Translations under genes and position numbers: made by a program | NCBI GenBank assembly: GCA_965240325.2 | Contig: OZ251238.1 | Coordinates: forward strand, 558,001-622,000 | From: Rebecca billardiae RCC1528 | Lineage: Eukaryota; Protista; Haptophyta | Direction of reading: 5' to 3' | Length of the DNA: 64,000 nt | Shown: piece after piece, positions 20,140-31,144 of the stretch | Layout: each line of letters starts with the position of its first letter | Position numbering within the stretch: position 1 is the first letter of the stretch | Notes under the pieces: model-generated | Databases searched by the model: none | Seen by the model: the letters and a program-made list of their open reading frames with translations, nothing else | Told to the model about the DNA's origin: nothing

Positions 20140-21192
20140 CGCTTCGCAGTCTCGCTTGCCTTCATCGCCTGGCGGGTGGGTGCTGCTCTCTCCTTCTCTG
20201 CCGCCTCCTCTGCAGTCTGCCGTGCACTGCTGTGTGTGGGATGCGACCTGCTACCTTATCTGACGCTACGCGTGCGTGTCTCGCGCCTGCTTCCCGCCTG
20301 CGCCGCCGCCGCCGCGCATGTTTTCGTGCCCACTGTCTCATGCCGTCTGGATCGTCCTTACTCATACAACCCTGCGGGGAGCCCCTCTGGGCCTCTGCCG
20401 CCTTCGGTCCTCGCGCTACCCCTTCGGCGGCCTCGGCCTCTTCGGGCCCCCGGCCACCACCCCTGCGGGGTGTGGCATTCCACACCTCCTTCTGGGTGGA
20501 GGCCCTCGAGGCCTCTGCCTCCTGCGGCGCCGCGCTCTGCCCAAACTTGCGTTGGGGGGGGGGGGGGGGGTCGGCTGCCAGCGCCTGCGGTCTACGTGCT
20601 CCATCGAGTACTTCCTCTTCGGCGTCTAGGCGGTCATCGGCTTCTGTCGGCGTAGTTGCTCGAATGCATCGGCGAGTCCTTCCTGGTCGGCGTCGCATCC
20701 TGGACGGCTTCGGGGGTGTGACCTAGTCACCTCACGCGTTTATCAACGCGGCCCCCACCTCAATCTACTCTCATGTGGGTCTACCGAGTGAGTTATGGTT
20801 GTATAACCGCTCGGTTATGCGGGTATAACTCACCGGTAGCCCTCATGAGGGCGGGCTGGCAGCCAGGGTCCGGCTGCCTGGAGGTTTTCCGGTCGTCAAG
20901 CCGAGCCAGGCCCGGATTGGGCGCGGGCCTGGATTGGCTCAGCAGCTTGGCAAGCCATGCGCGTCTGGGTGCGGCCGCGCTCGCTGGCTGCACCCGCGGC
21001 GCGGCGGCCGGCGTGGCTGCTCTGGTCACCGCTGCGCTGGTGGCTGCTCCTCCTCTGGGAGTTGTTTCTCCCTGCCCTCCCACCCTGCTGGTTGCTGGGT
21101 GGGCATGGCCTTGGGTGCGCGCGGTGTCGGGGGGGTGGAGGCCCTCGAGGCCTCTGCCTCCTGCGGCGCCGCGCTCTGCCCAAACTTGCGTA

Positions 21193-22848
21193 GTCCTCGT
21201 GAACGCCGACGCCAACTGCTGGCCGAAGGTGGGCACGCCGCCTGGCATGTCGATGCCGAGGCGGCTGCGTGTGTTCCTACTCAGTGGGATTTACGGTGGG
21301 CATGCCGCTCGCCGTCGACGAGACGCGGTGCGTGCTGAGCGCCTGCGGACTCGTCGACTGAACCTCCACCTGACCGCCCGGGAGCAGCACTGCTGGGGAC
21401 CTAACCTGAAAAACCCAATCGTGTTGGGAGGCAGGGGGTCACATGAGCCCTAAGTGCAGCGCCGCAGGACCGGGCGGTCGGACGGCGGGTGTTGTGGTCC
21501 CGCCGCCCGAGCACCAGACCAACGGGCCCTGGGTGGGCGGGTTGCCGAAAGATGTTGGTCGGTGCACGCGACGCGCCACCCGCGTGCGAGCCGCCGCCGC
21601 CGGCGACGCAGGGCCACGAGCCCGGCTGCAGCCATCTCGCGCGCCCGCGCCTGGCGAAGCAGCCAGGGGGCGCCGGAAACAGCAGATCTCCGCGGCGACA
21701 AACCCGGACAGACTGTTTGTCCGGGAGCAGCGCTTTGAGGCGATGGTCTGGTAGAGGGCGATGTGGCTGATGAGCGGCGCTGGCGCCCGGCGTTCTTGTC
21801 GTCCTCTTAGACAATCAGTTATTGTACCAATAACCCCACGTCTAGCCGTCCTCGTGAACGCCGACGCCAACTGCTGGCCGAAGGTGGGCACGCCGCCTGG
21901 CATGTCGATGCCGAGGCGGCTGCGTGTGTTCCTACTCAGTGGGATTTACGTGTCCTCATGCCTTGGCGAGCGGCAGCAGATGCGGTGGGCATGCCGCTCG
22001 CCGTCGACGAGACGCGGTGCGTGAGTGATCCCGTTTCATGGTGTGTTGGGGAGCACCGCGTGGAGGAGAAATCCCATTGAGTGATGGGAAGGAAAGGGGC
22101 AAGGCACGTGTGAGTCGCGCACGCACGAGGGCCGGCCAGCGGGGGCTGGGCAGGTGGGGCAGTGCGAGTGAGATGGAACCCGAAGAGTAGAGATAGCAGG
22201 CAGCCCGCCCCGCGGGCGCGGCGCTGCGGAAGCAGGAGAAGGCTAGACGGCCTTTGCGGATGCTGTGAATGGCCCGCGGGTGCGCACGGGGCCCGGCGCG
22301 CGGTGTGCCGCCAGCGGTCCTTGTGTAGGAGCCGGCTGGCGTTGGCACCGGGGCGATCCCGAGGCAGGGCGGGAGAGATGGAGCAGCGATCCGCGTGGGG
22401 GCGCACCCACGGAGGAGGAGGCATGTGGCGAAGAGGGAACGGTGGCGATCGGGGGTGCGGAAGAGACAAAGTGCGCACGCACGCAGAGAGAGAAGAGGCG
22501 GTGGCCCGAAGCGCGAGGGGGCGCGATGCGGAGCGTTGCTTACCGCTGAGTTGCCGAAAGATGTTGGTCGGTGCACGCGACGCGCCACCCGCGTGCGAGC
22601 CGCCGCCGCCGGCGACGCAGGGCCACGAGCCCGGCTGCAGCCATCTCGCGCGCCCGCGCCTGGCGAAGCAGCCAGGGGGCGCCGGAAACAGCAGATCTCC
22701 GCGGCGACAAACCCGGACAGACTGTTTGTCCGGGAGCAGCGCTTTGAGGCGATGGTCTGGTAGAGGGCGATGTGGCTGATGAGCGGCGCTGGCGCCCGGC
22801 GTTCTTGTCGTCCTCTTAGACAATCAGTTATTGTACCAATAACCCCAC
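21193..22848. mobile_element. Two head-to-tail copies of repeat 'E' (21193-21839 and 21840-22848) with different internal segments
   Basis: Junction ...AATAACCCCAC|GTCTAGCCG...; ends shared with 13328-13788. Confidence 0.8.
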
Positions 22849-23084
22849 TTATAGCTACTAGACGCATCACACAGCGCTCACGGCTCAGGCTCAGCCTCAG
22901 GCAGGCGAGATTGACGACGCTCATACGCGCACACGACATGATGATCGTCCGCCGATGGCGGATGATCGCCGCCATCCATCGTCATCATCGTACGACGGAC
23001 TCTTGACTCCGACCCGCCGCCGCGGCCTCGTCGGCTGTTGTCGTCGTGTCACTGGTCAGCAGCAATCGCAGCATCGTCTCGTCA

Positions 23085-25764
23085 TCACTCCCCTGCCGCC
23101 AGGCGCCCGCCATGCTGGTGGCCTGGCGCCGCGTCGTCGGTGACGACGAAGCAGAGAAACGAGCGCGGGGCCAGCGAGACGTTGTCCAGCGCGAGCGCCG
23201 ACCGAGCGTCGAGCCGCGCGGCGGCGGCAGGTGGCACGTGCCACGGGCGCGCGTGCTCGTCGGAGCGCAGCGAGCCGTGCCAGCTGACGTGCACGCGCGC
23301 CCTCGGGGCGAGGCCGGCGTAGTGCAGCGGCGCGCGCACGCCGCGCAGGCTGAGCGCGCGGCTCGTCGGGTTGAACGCGAAGCCGAGCGCGCGCTCGCGC
23401 GCGCCGCGCGCCGGGTCGACGTGCACGGACAGCTCGGCGGCGCGGCCGCTCGGCCTTCGCACATGCAGCACGTCGGCGCCGAGCACGGCCGCGTGCGCGC
23501 GCAGGTGTGCTACCCAGCGGCGCCAGAGCTCGGCCTCCGCGTCGCCCGCGCGGCCGTCGGGGAAGAGCCGCGTGCCGCGCGCGGAGGGCAGGTTGCCCTG
23601 CCCCACGTACGACGCCAGCGCCCACTCCAGCAGCTCGAGCCGCGCGCCGCTGCCGGCGGGCAGCGCCTCGATTCGCTCGAGGTTGAGCGCGACCCAGCCG
23701 GCACTCGGCGGCTTGTGTCGCGAGCCATCGTACAGATACATGCGGCCTGTGGTGAGGTGCTCCCAGCTGCCCGCCGCGTCGCGCGGGATCGTGCGCGTCC
23801 ACGCGTCCGTGTACCCCATCGTCTCCTGCGGCGGCGCGCGGCGCGCGCGGCGCGTGGGTGCGCGCGCGGCCGTGGCCACAGACAGGCTGTGCGCGGCCGT
23901 GGCCGCAGGGGCTGGCGCGGAGAGCGCGCGCGCGGCGAGCGCGCGCGGCCGCTCGGCGGCGCACCCACCTTGTTGGTGCCGCCGGTGAGCCAGTACGGGT
24001 CGGGCACGGTGAGGTAGAGCTGCGTCTCCTCGCGCAGCTGCCGGTACCACCCGACCGTCGCCTCGAACTGCGCGAGCTGCGAGTTGGCGAGCTCGGCGTA
24101 GCCTGTGAGCGCAGTGGGCGCGCACGCGGCGCCCTCATACGGTCCGTCCGTCTCAAGCAGTTTCAGCCCGGTCCGGGTGAAGAAGGCGAGGACGCGCGCG
24201 CGGAAGTCGGCGTGGAAGCGCGTGGCGAAGCTCGCGATCCCCGCGGGCGCGCCCGAGTCCGGGTCGATGCACTGCGCCGCCGCGCTCATATTCGGCGGGT
24301 TCTGCAACAGTACGTAACCGCCAACCGCCACGCCGAGCGCGCGTGCGTACTCCACATCTGCGCGGATCCGACGTTCGTACGCGGCCTCGGGCGAGGTGGG
24401 GTCGAAGCCGCTGCCGAAGCTGAGCACGACGGCGTCGAGGCCTGCGCGACGCGATCGGCGCGCGCCGCGACGCCTCAGCGCGCCGCGCGCCGCGCGCGGC
24501 GCGAGCGCCGCCGCAGCGCTGTGTGGGCGGCGCCGCGCGTTCGCGCGCGCGCGTGCTCGTCACAACCTCGCGCAAAGCGCGCACCGACGGCTGCGGCCTG
24601 GCGCACGGCGCGGCGCACGCTGGGCGACGAGGCGTCGCTGAGCGCAAAGTAGAGCGGCGCCTGGAGCAGCTGCGGCGCAAGCGTGCGCAGCACCCTCCGC
24701 CGCGCCAGCGACTGCCGCTCCGCCTCGTCGCTGTCGTGCAGCAGCACGTGCACGCGCATGAACGCACACGACGCGCCGAGCGGCAGACGACGCGCCGGGC
24801 CGAGGGGGTATGCGACGCGGAGCAGCAGCCGGGGCCAGGCCGGGTCGCCCTGGAGCGCGCCGTCGCGCGAGTTGTTCGAGTACGGCGCGTCGACGTGCCA
24901 CGCCGCGTAGTCCATCCGCCGCGCCGCGTACGGCCCGGACTCCGCCATCCCGAGTCCGGACGCGCGCGCCCACTCCGTCATCCGCGGAACAAAGTCTGTC
25001 TCCACGCGGACGCGCGCCGCGCTGCCCTCCTGCACGCGCACGAGCTCGGAGGCGAGGTCGTCGACGACGAGGAGGGCGGAGGGCTCGCGGCCGAGAGCGC
25101 TCGGCGCCGATGCGCCGTGGCCCACCTCCACCCACTTGGCGAGCAGCGGCAGCCCGTCGTACAGCTCGTAGTGAAGGGTGACGCGCACGGCCGAGAGGCA
25201 CGCGCCCGCGCCCGGCGGCGGCGCAAAGCGCACGGCGAGGTGCACGCCGCGCGGGGGCCAGGGCACGCCCTCGGGCGGGCGGGTCCACGCGGCCGGGCGC
25301 CACCGGAAGCGCGCCTCGGGCTCGCTCACCGCGTACCCCGCGTACCGGAACGCGCGCGGGTCGAGCGCCAGGCTCGAGCGCTCGGTCGGGTCGAAGAGCG
25401 CGAGACGCTTTGGCGCGAGGAGGCCGCCGACGGGCGCGCTCGCCGTGCACAGCGGCGCGGGGGTGCGCTCGTCGGGCGTCGGCTGGATCAGCCGCACGCG
25501 CAGCTCCGCCTCGGCCGCGGGCGCGCGGAGGAAGAGCTCGCCCGTCCGCTCGTGCGCGAGCTCGATCGTTGCCCAGTTGGGCGAGATGACGAATTGGCGG
25601 CGGACGAGGCCGTTGGAGAGGGTGACGACGTCGCCGTCGAGGCTGAGAGAGACGCGCGCGCGCGTGTCGATCGGGTGCACCAGCCAGTCCGCGCCACGCG
25701 AGGCCGCGGACGCGCCGATGAGCAGCAGCGCAATCGCGCCGCCATGGAAGGCGGCAGCCCGCAT
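23085..25764 (-). CDS. Secreted alpha-galactosidase-like (GH clan D-related) putative glycoside hydrolase; 3 exons
   Basis: Signal peptide; motifs DWLV, LSNGLVRRQF, HYELYDGLPLLAKW, LSFGSGF, ETDGPY, VPDPY, MGY and ADVLHVRRP; GT-AG introns 24442-24584 and 23826-23968 restore the frame. Confidence 0.65.
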
Positions 25765-25897
25765 TCTGTTGACGCCCTCGGCCTGACTCGGTTCCGAGTC
25801 GCGGCGCCGGTTCAAGGGCCGGTTGTCCTTGCAGCTGGGTCTTCCCGTCGTCGGGTGCCGCGGTGGGCGGCTGGGCGCGCGCATCTACGCCGTCACG

Positions 25898-27376
25898 ATG
25901 ACGACGACGACGCTCGAGCAAGCCGTGCAGACGTGCCTCGAGCTGGACGCGATCGTCGCGCGGCTGCGGCAGAGCCTGCTCGCGAGCGTCGCCTCCGCGC
26001 GCGACGCCGAGCCCTCGCGCTCCAGCTGGCAGGTCGACCGGGGCGGCGAGGAGCTGCAGGACTGCGCGCTGCAGGTCGCGCTGCTCCTGGGCGGCCGCGC
26101 GCCGACGGACGAGTGCAAGCGCGAGCTGATCGGCGGCCTGCGCGCGCACGACGGGGACGAGCGCGTCGCCTCGTTCCTGCAGCGCTGGGCGCAGCTCCTG
26201 CTCGTCACCGGCGCGGTCGCCACAGGAAATGACGCGCCACGGCTCGCCTACGCAGACTGGTACCGCGGCGCGCCGGGCGAGTGCTGCCACATGCCGTCGC
26301 TCGCGTCGCTGCGCGACGGCGAGGACGGGCTCGAGCGCTTCGTGCTGCACGGCTGGCTCCCGCGCACGCCGCCCATCCGCCGCGACTCGCGCGTCACCGC
26401 GCTCGGCTCGTGCTTTGCTGACGAGGTGCGGATCTGGCTGCGCGAGCGAGGCATCGCTGTGAACGCGGACTTCCGGACCGCCGCCGGCTCGTACCCGCAC
26501 GTGGAGGACGCGTTCGTGCCGCTGCTGCAGTGCGCGGCGGGCCTCGTCAACACCTTCGTCCTGCGCCAGCAGTTCGAGTGGGCGCTCGACGGCGCCGACT
26601 TTGACGACGATCTGTGGCACGGCGCTCGCGGCTCGGTCACCGTGCCGACTGAGCTCGCGCGCCGGCGCACGCGCGAGCTGTTCGAGCGCACGGACGTGTT
26701 CGTGATCACGCTCGGGCTGAGCGAGGTGTGGTTCAAGCGGCGCGCCGACGCCGAGGGCGAGGGCGAGGGGCCGGGCCGTGAAGCCGCGCACAACGTCCTC
26801 TGGCGCGCCGTGCCCGCGCGCGCCTACTCGCGCGAGACGCACGGCTTCCGCGTCGCGAGCGTCGCAGAGAACGTGGCGAACCTGCGCGCGGTGCTGCGGC
26901 TCGTGTGGCGAGCGCAGCCGCACGCGACGGTGCTGCTCACGCTCTCGCCGATCCCGCTCACCGCCACCTTCCGCGGCGTCTCGTGCGTCACCGCCAACGC
27001 CGTGTCCAAGGCGAGCCTGCGCGCGGCCATCGACGAGTGCATGCGCGAGCGCGAGCACGCCGACGCGTGCGCGCGCGGCCAGCTGCTGTACTGGCCCGCG
27101 TATGAGATGATCAAGGAGGGTGTGGTCGAGCCGTACCTGCCAGACGGGCGGCACGTGCGCCCCGAGGTTGTCCAGCGCGTGCTCGCGCTCTTCGGCAAGC
27201 ACTACGTCGTGCAGCACAGCCGCGGCGACGTGCGAGCTGCGCCAGCCTCGGCCAATAAGGACGACACGATGGCGACGTCGGACGACGAGAGCGACGATGC
27301 CGAGGTCACGCGTGACCAGCGAGGAGGGCGCAACCTGTCGTCCACGCGCTCGCGCTCACACTCGCGCTCGCCTTGA
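25898..27376 (+). CDS. GSCFA-domain protein (SGNH hydrolase-like)
   Basis: Motifs LGSCFA, FVITLGLSEVW, LTLSPIPL.ATF, AN.VSKA.LRAA, YWPAYE and DGRHV. Confidence 0.88.
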   Translation: MTTTTLEQAVQTCLELDAIVARLRQSLLASVASARDAEPSRSSWQVDRGGEELQDCALQVALLLGGRAPTDECKRELIGGLRAHDGDERVASFLQRWAQLLLVTGAVATGNDAPRLAYADWYRGAPGECCHMPSLASLRDGEDGLERFVLHGWLPRTPPIRRDSRVTALGSCFADEVRIWLRERGIAVNADFRTAAGSYPHVEDAFVPLLQCAAGLVNTFVLRQQFEWALDGADFDDDLWHGARGSVTVPTELARRRTRELFERTDVFVITLGLSEVWFKRRADAEGEGEGPGREAAHNVLWRAVPARAYSRETHGFRVASVAENVANLRAVLRLVWRAQPHATVLLTLSPIPLTATFRGVSCVTANAVSKASLRAAIDECMREREHADACARGQLLYWPAYEMIKEGVVEPYLPDGRHVRPEVVQRVLALFGKHYVVQHSRGDVRAAPASANKDDTMATSDDESDDAEVTRDQRGGRNLSSTRSRSHSRSP

Positions 27377-27510
27377 CGAATATGGCGCGTGGCAGCAATG
27401 CGCGGCCACCTGACTGCCGCGCTGCCGGCCATCAAATGACAAATATCAATATCAGCGCGCTGCCTGACAGTAGTGCGCTGGCGGCCGCCGGTATTATTAT
27501 TCGTCGTCAG

Positions 27511-27885
27511 CAGGGCTCCAAGACGGTACACCGGACACCGGTAAATACCGTACCGGTGCGTACCGGTGCGTACCGGTATGCACCGCCACAAACTGCCGCG
27601 CACCGGTGAGAGTCTCCGGGAGGGGTCGTGTGCGCCCGGAGTCCGGACCTGGACCACAGCACCCGCGCGAGTGCGGAGTACGCGGAGCTGTCACTTGTCA
27701 GTGTCCGAGGTCGGAGTCACTGCTGGCACTCTCAGGGGAGGCGAATACGCCGCCGATTTCGTCCAATAATTGGGCTGATGTTTCTATCAGTAAATAGGCC
27801 CAAAAATTTTCGTCGCCCCCGGGGGAGACACCCCCCGGACCCCCCCGCGGTGCGCGCACCGGTGTACCGGTACACCGGCGCGGTC
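27511..27885. mobile_element. Possible hAT-like MITE remnant with ACCGGT subterminal repeats
   Basis: Starts with CAGGGC; clustered TACCGGT repeats at both ends; no clear partner TIR. Confidence 0.35.
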
Positions 27886-29276
27886 GGCCACGGGCCGCCC
27901 TGCTCCGGGCCCGCCGACCGAATGCGCTGCGCGCCGCCGCGACGCTGTTAGCCGCGGTCGCGGAGTCGCCTGGACGCCTGATGAATAACTCATCATTATA
28001 ATTATATGATCATGATGCCGCGCCTGGCCTCGCCAAATGTTCCGATTTCAATCGCGCAGCAGTCTGCAGTGAGCGTGGTGAACGCAGTGACATCCCACAT
28101 GTGAGCGGTGCCGGGCTCCTGCGCCTTAGTGCCGCCGCCGACGGCGCTGCCAGCGCGACAGCGAGGATGCATGCAGCCGAGCACTGGCTGGTGCAAACAG
28201 CCACCTACCACGGGCAGCTCGGAGATGAGCGTGAGCGCTGCCGAAACGCAACTACCGCGCGCGCCACGACGGCGCGGCACTAGCTGATGCAGGCCGTACT
28301 GCCGGCACTGCTTCTGCGATCATGCGCCACGGTCGCAGATGACTGCGTGAGCAGCAAGCGGGAGGCGGGTCCGGAGGCACGTGCAGGCGCGCTCGCAGCC
28401 AAGGCCGGTTGGTCGGCCATCCGCCATCGTGCGGGCCACGTCACCACTCACCTCCGATCCGGATGTGGCCCAGTCCGGACGTCACGCGATCCGGGAAGAC
28501 GAATACGATTCGCTCGTAACGAACCGTTACACTAAAGTCACGGCCAGGCTCACGTCCCGTCCACCGATTACATATAGGCAGAATTGGCGGACGCGGTCTT
28601 TTTCTGACCGCCGCAATAGACCTCTCTATGCGATCTCAAAAACTCGAAACTCGGTCTCCTCCGGCCCTGAAAATCGTCCCCCGTCCCTTTTTCCAAGATC
28701 AAAGATCTTTTTGAAACGTGGTTAGTGCCCGCAGTGCGGGCTCCACGCTGCGCGCTCCGCCCTGCACCGCGGGCCATTAATAAATGGCGGGCCGTATTAT
28801 TATTACGCGGCGCGAAGTGCCGCGAACGCGGCATGAAAAAAAATCCCCCGCATCCCCACTGGGCGGAAGTGCGGACGGGTTACGGTAACGCCGAAAATCG
28901 ATTTCTTTACTGTGTATATTGCTGCGGCGCGCAGGGCCAGGGTGATTGGCGGCAGTAACAACTATAACTGATGACTGCATGCGCTGATTCTGATGAGTCT
29001 TGAGTGAGTGATCACTGCTGATCGTGAGTGATGTAACTAGCTCATACAGCCCCGCAGGTAGATCGCGGGTGTCGTCCGTGTCGTGGACCAGTTCAGCCCC
29101 AGTTAATGCGGGCCCAGCCAGCACCCCGCTCAGCGCTCCCCGCCCGCGGCGGGCTGCGGCGGGCTGCGCGCGGCGACGAGCGCGGTGCGCGGTGCGCCGC
29201 ATCACGTCCCCGCGTCAGCGTGTGCTTCCGCGCCGCCGGGCCGCGCGGTGCAGGCTTTGGCGGCACGCGTGCAGGG

Positions 29277-30689
29277 TTAGGCGGCGAACGTGCTGCGGGC
29301 TGCGTCGGCCAGCTGGAGCAGAGCGCCCTCAAGGTCGATGATCTGATTCTCATCAGCACCGCGGAAGGTACAGATCTCAGGCTCGTGGTCCATGAAGACG
29401 GTTTCCTGTCCTGCCTCCACGGCCGCCTTGACCACCACATCGACGCCGGCGGCTTTGATCTCCGTCAAGATCAGGTCAGCCGCTGCCGCCGCCGCTTGCT
29501 TCATGTCGGCCGCCAAGGGCCCGCGCTTGGAAAGGTTGGGCGAGAAGCCGATGATCTTGCACGCGTAGTTCTCCTCCAGGTAGGGGATCATGCTGGCCTT
29601 GATGCACGCGGAAGGGGCAGTGCACACCAGAAAGATCCGTTTGCCCGACAGCGAGCCCAAGGGCCGCGGGCGCAGCCGGGTCAAGGCGACAGGGAGCTCG
29701 GGGGCCACTGAGCGGATGGCGTCCAGGAGTCGATTGCAGTCCGCCTCGTTGACAGCTTCCGGCTCGCAGCCGGTGACGATGGCGAGGTCAGCCATGCCGA
29801 GCTTGTAGGGTCCAAAGTAGCCGCTGAGCGCGGTGAGATCCTGGCTGGCCGGGATCAAGATGACCCGGTGTGAGGCCTGCACTGGCGGGAGGCTGGCGCC
29901 GCTGCCCTCCAAGAGCACGAAGGCCTCGGAACGGGCGTTGGCCATCTCGACCCCGACCCCCATGTTGGAGAGGAGCACCTCCCCTGCGATACCGCCCGCA
30001 CAGCGGCGGCAGCCGATGGTGGTCACCCGGGCTGTGTAGGCGTCCTCCCAGTGGTCAGAGCAGGCGTGCTTGCCCTGCTCAGACTGCGCCAAAAGATACT
30101 CCGGGCAAAGCTCCAAGGTGCGGCCCTCGACCACCTCAGGGGTGGCCGGGCCCCCGCGGCCCATCGTGATGATCAAGGGATCGTAGCAGTGGTCCGCCAG
30201 GAGCCGGGCGATGTAGCCGGTCACAGCGGTCTTGCCCACCCGCTTGGCGGTACCGAAGACCGCGAGGGCCGGCTTGTTGAGGCGGTGAGGGAAACGGGGC
30301 GGTTCGAAGCTGAAACCGGCTCCAAGGTAACGCGCGCCCGCAGCCAACGCGAGGCTGGCCAGGCGCATGCGGCCCGGGTAAGTGACGATGGGCTCATCGG
30401 AGAGGTCCATCACGGCATCGACCTGCAGCTCAGCCAACGTCGTCCGCAGCAAGGCAAACGGGAGGCCCGGCTGGTCCTTCTCGTAGTACACAGGACAGCC
30501 CCACAGCTCGGCCAGCTTGTCCAGCTCCGCAACCTTCTCGCTCCCGCCCAAAAAGAGCGCGCCCACAAGATCAAAATCGTTCCGCATGTCTTCGAGGGCA
30601 TCCTTGGTCACCGCCGGATAGTGCTCCCCATCCACCAACGCCAGAGCACGTCCTCCCATGCCCACGATCCCGGGCACGCCCATCGGCAT
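29277..30689 (-). CDS. cpgS: Cyclic 2,3-diphosphoglycerate synthetase homolog, intronless
   Basis: Motifs LVDGEHYP, FLGGSEK, DLSDEP, GTAKRVGKTAV, MGRGGP..PEV, HACSDHWEDA, GCRRCAGG, EGSGA and TEIKAAGVDVV match archaeal/bacterial cDPGS. The start could instead be 30659. Confidence 0.9.
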   Translation of the reverse strand: MPMGVPGIVGMGGRALALVDGEHYPAVTKDALEDMRNDFDLVGALFLGGSEKVAELDKLAELWGCPVYYEKDQPGLPFALLRTTLAELQVDAVMDLSDEPIVTYPGRMRLASLALAAGARYLGAGFSFEPPRFPHRLNKPALAVFGTAKRVGKTAVTGYIARLLADHCYDPLIITMGRGGPATPEVVEGRTLELCPEYLLAQSEQGKHACSDHWEDAYTARVTTIGCRRCAGGIAGEVLLSNMGVGVEMANARSEAFVLLEGSGASLPPVQASHRVILIPASQDLTALSGYFGPYKLGMADLAIVTGCEPEAVNEADCNRLLDAIRSVAPELPVALTRLRPRPLGSLSGKRIFLVCTAPSACIKASMIPYLEENYACKIIGFSPNLSKRGPLAADMKQAAAAAADLILTEIKAAGVDVVVKAAVEAGQETVFMDHEPEICTFRGADENQIIDLEGALLQLADAARSTFAA

Positions 30690-31144
30690 CTCGACGGGTA
30701 GTTTCTTTGTTCGGCGCGCGAGTTGGTCTGATTCCCGGCGCTGCGGGATCCCAGCAGGATGAGGCACCGCTGCACGCAAATCATATGGGGGGATTTACGA
30801 TTTTTATCGTAAGTTTCGTTTCGATCCCACTTCGGAATTGAAGCCAATCTGAAATCAGTGTATCATGTTGGACCCCCAGGCCTGTACCCATAATTACTTA
30901 CGGCCCGCCATAAACAATAATAACCGAGTTCTGCGAATCGGCTTTTTAGGCCTATCGGCTAGGTGGGCGGGTGCGGGCCCACTGCCTTTATCGGCGCAGT
31001 GCGCAATTGCGCGTCGCAACGTCGCACAGCCAGTGCCGTCGTGCGCTCGCAGGTGCCCAACAGGAAGTTCGGGGCACTCAAGGCGGCCGAGGCGGATCGT
31101 GCCGGCCTCGCCGAGCGCAGCCTCGCTGATCTGTCGGTTGCGCC

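Larger units (their letters stand above)
18604..21069. mobile_element. Composite repeat bounded by 275-bp direct repeats (18604-18878 and 20795-21069), with an internal tandem duplication of about 0.8 kb
   Basis: The terminal direct repeats look identical; internal blocks ~18866-19724 and ~19726-20519 are duplicates; no credible protein. Confidence 0.7.

Noticed and set aside
18522-20726. 734-aa ORF
   Set aside because: Non-ATG start; open only because of GC-rich tandem repeats read in rotating frames; no domain motifs
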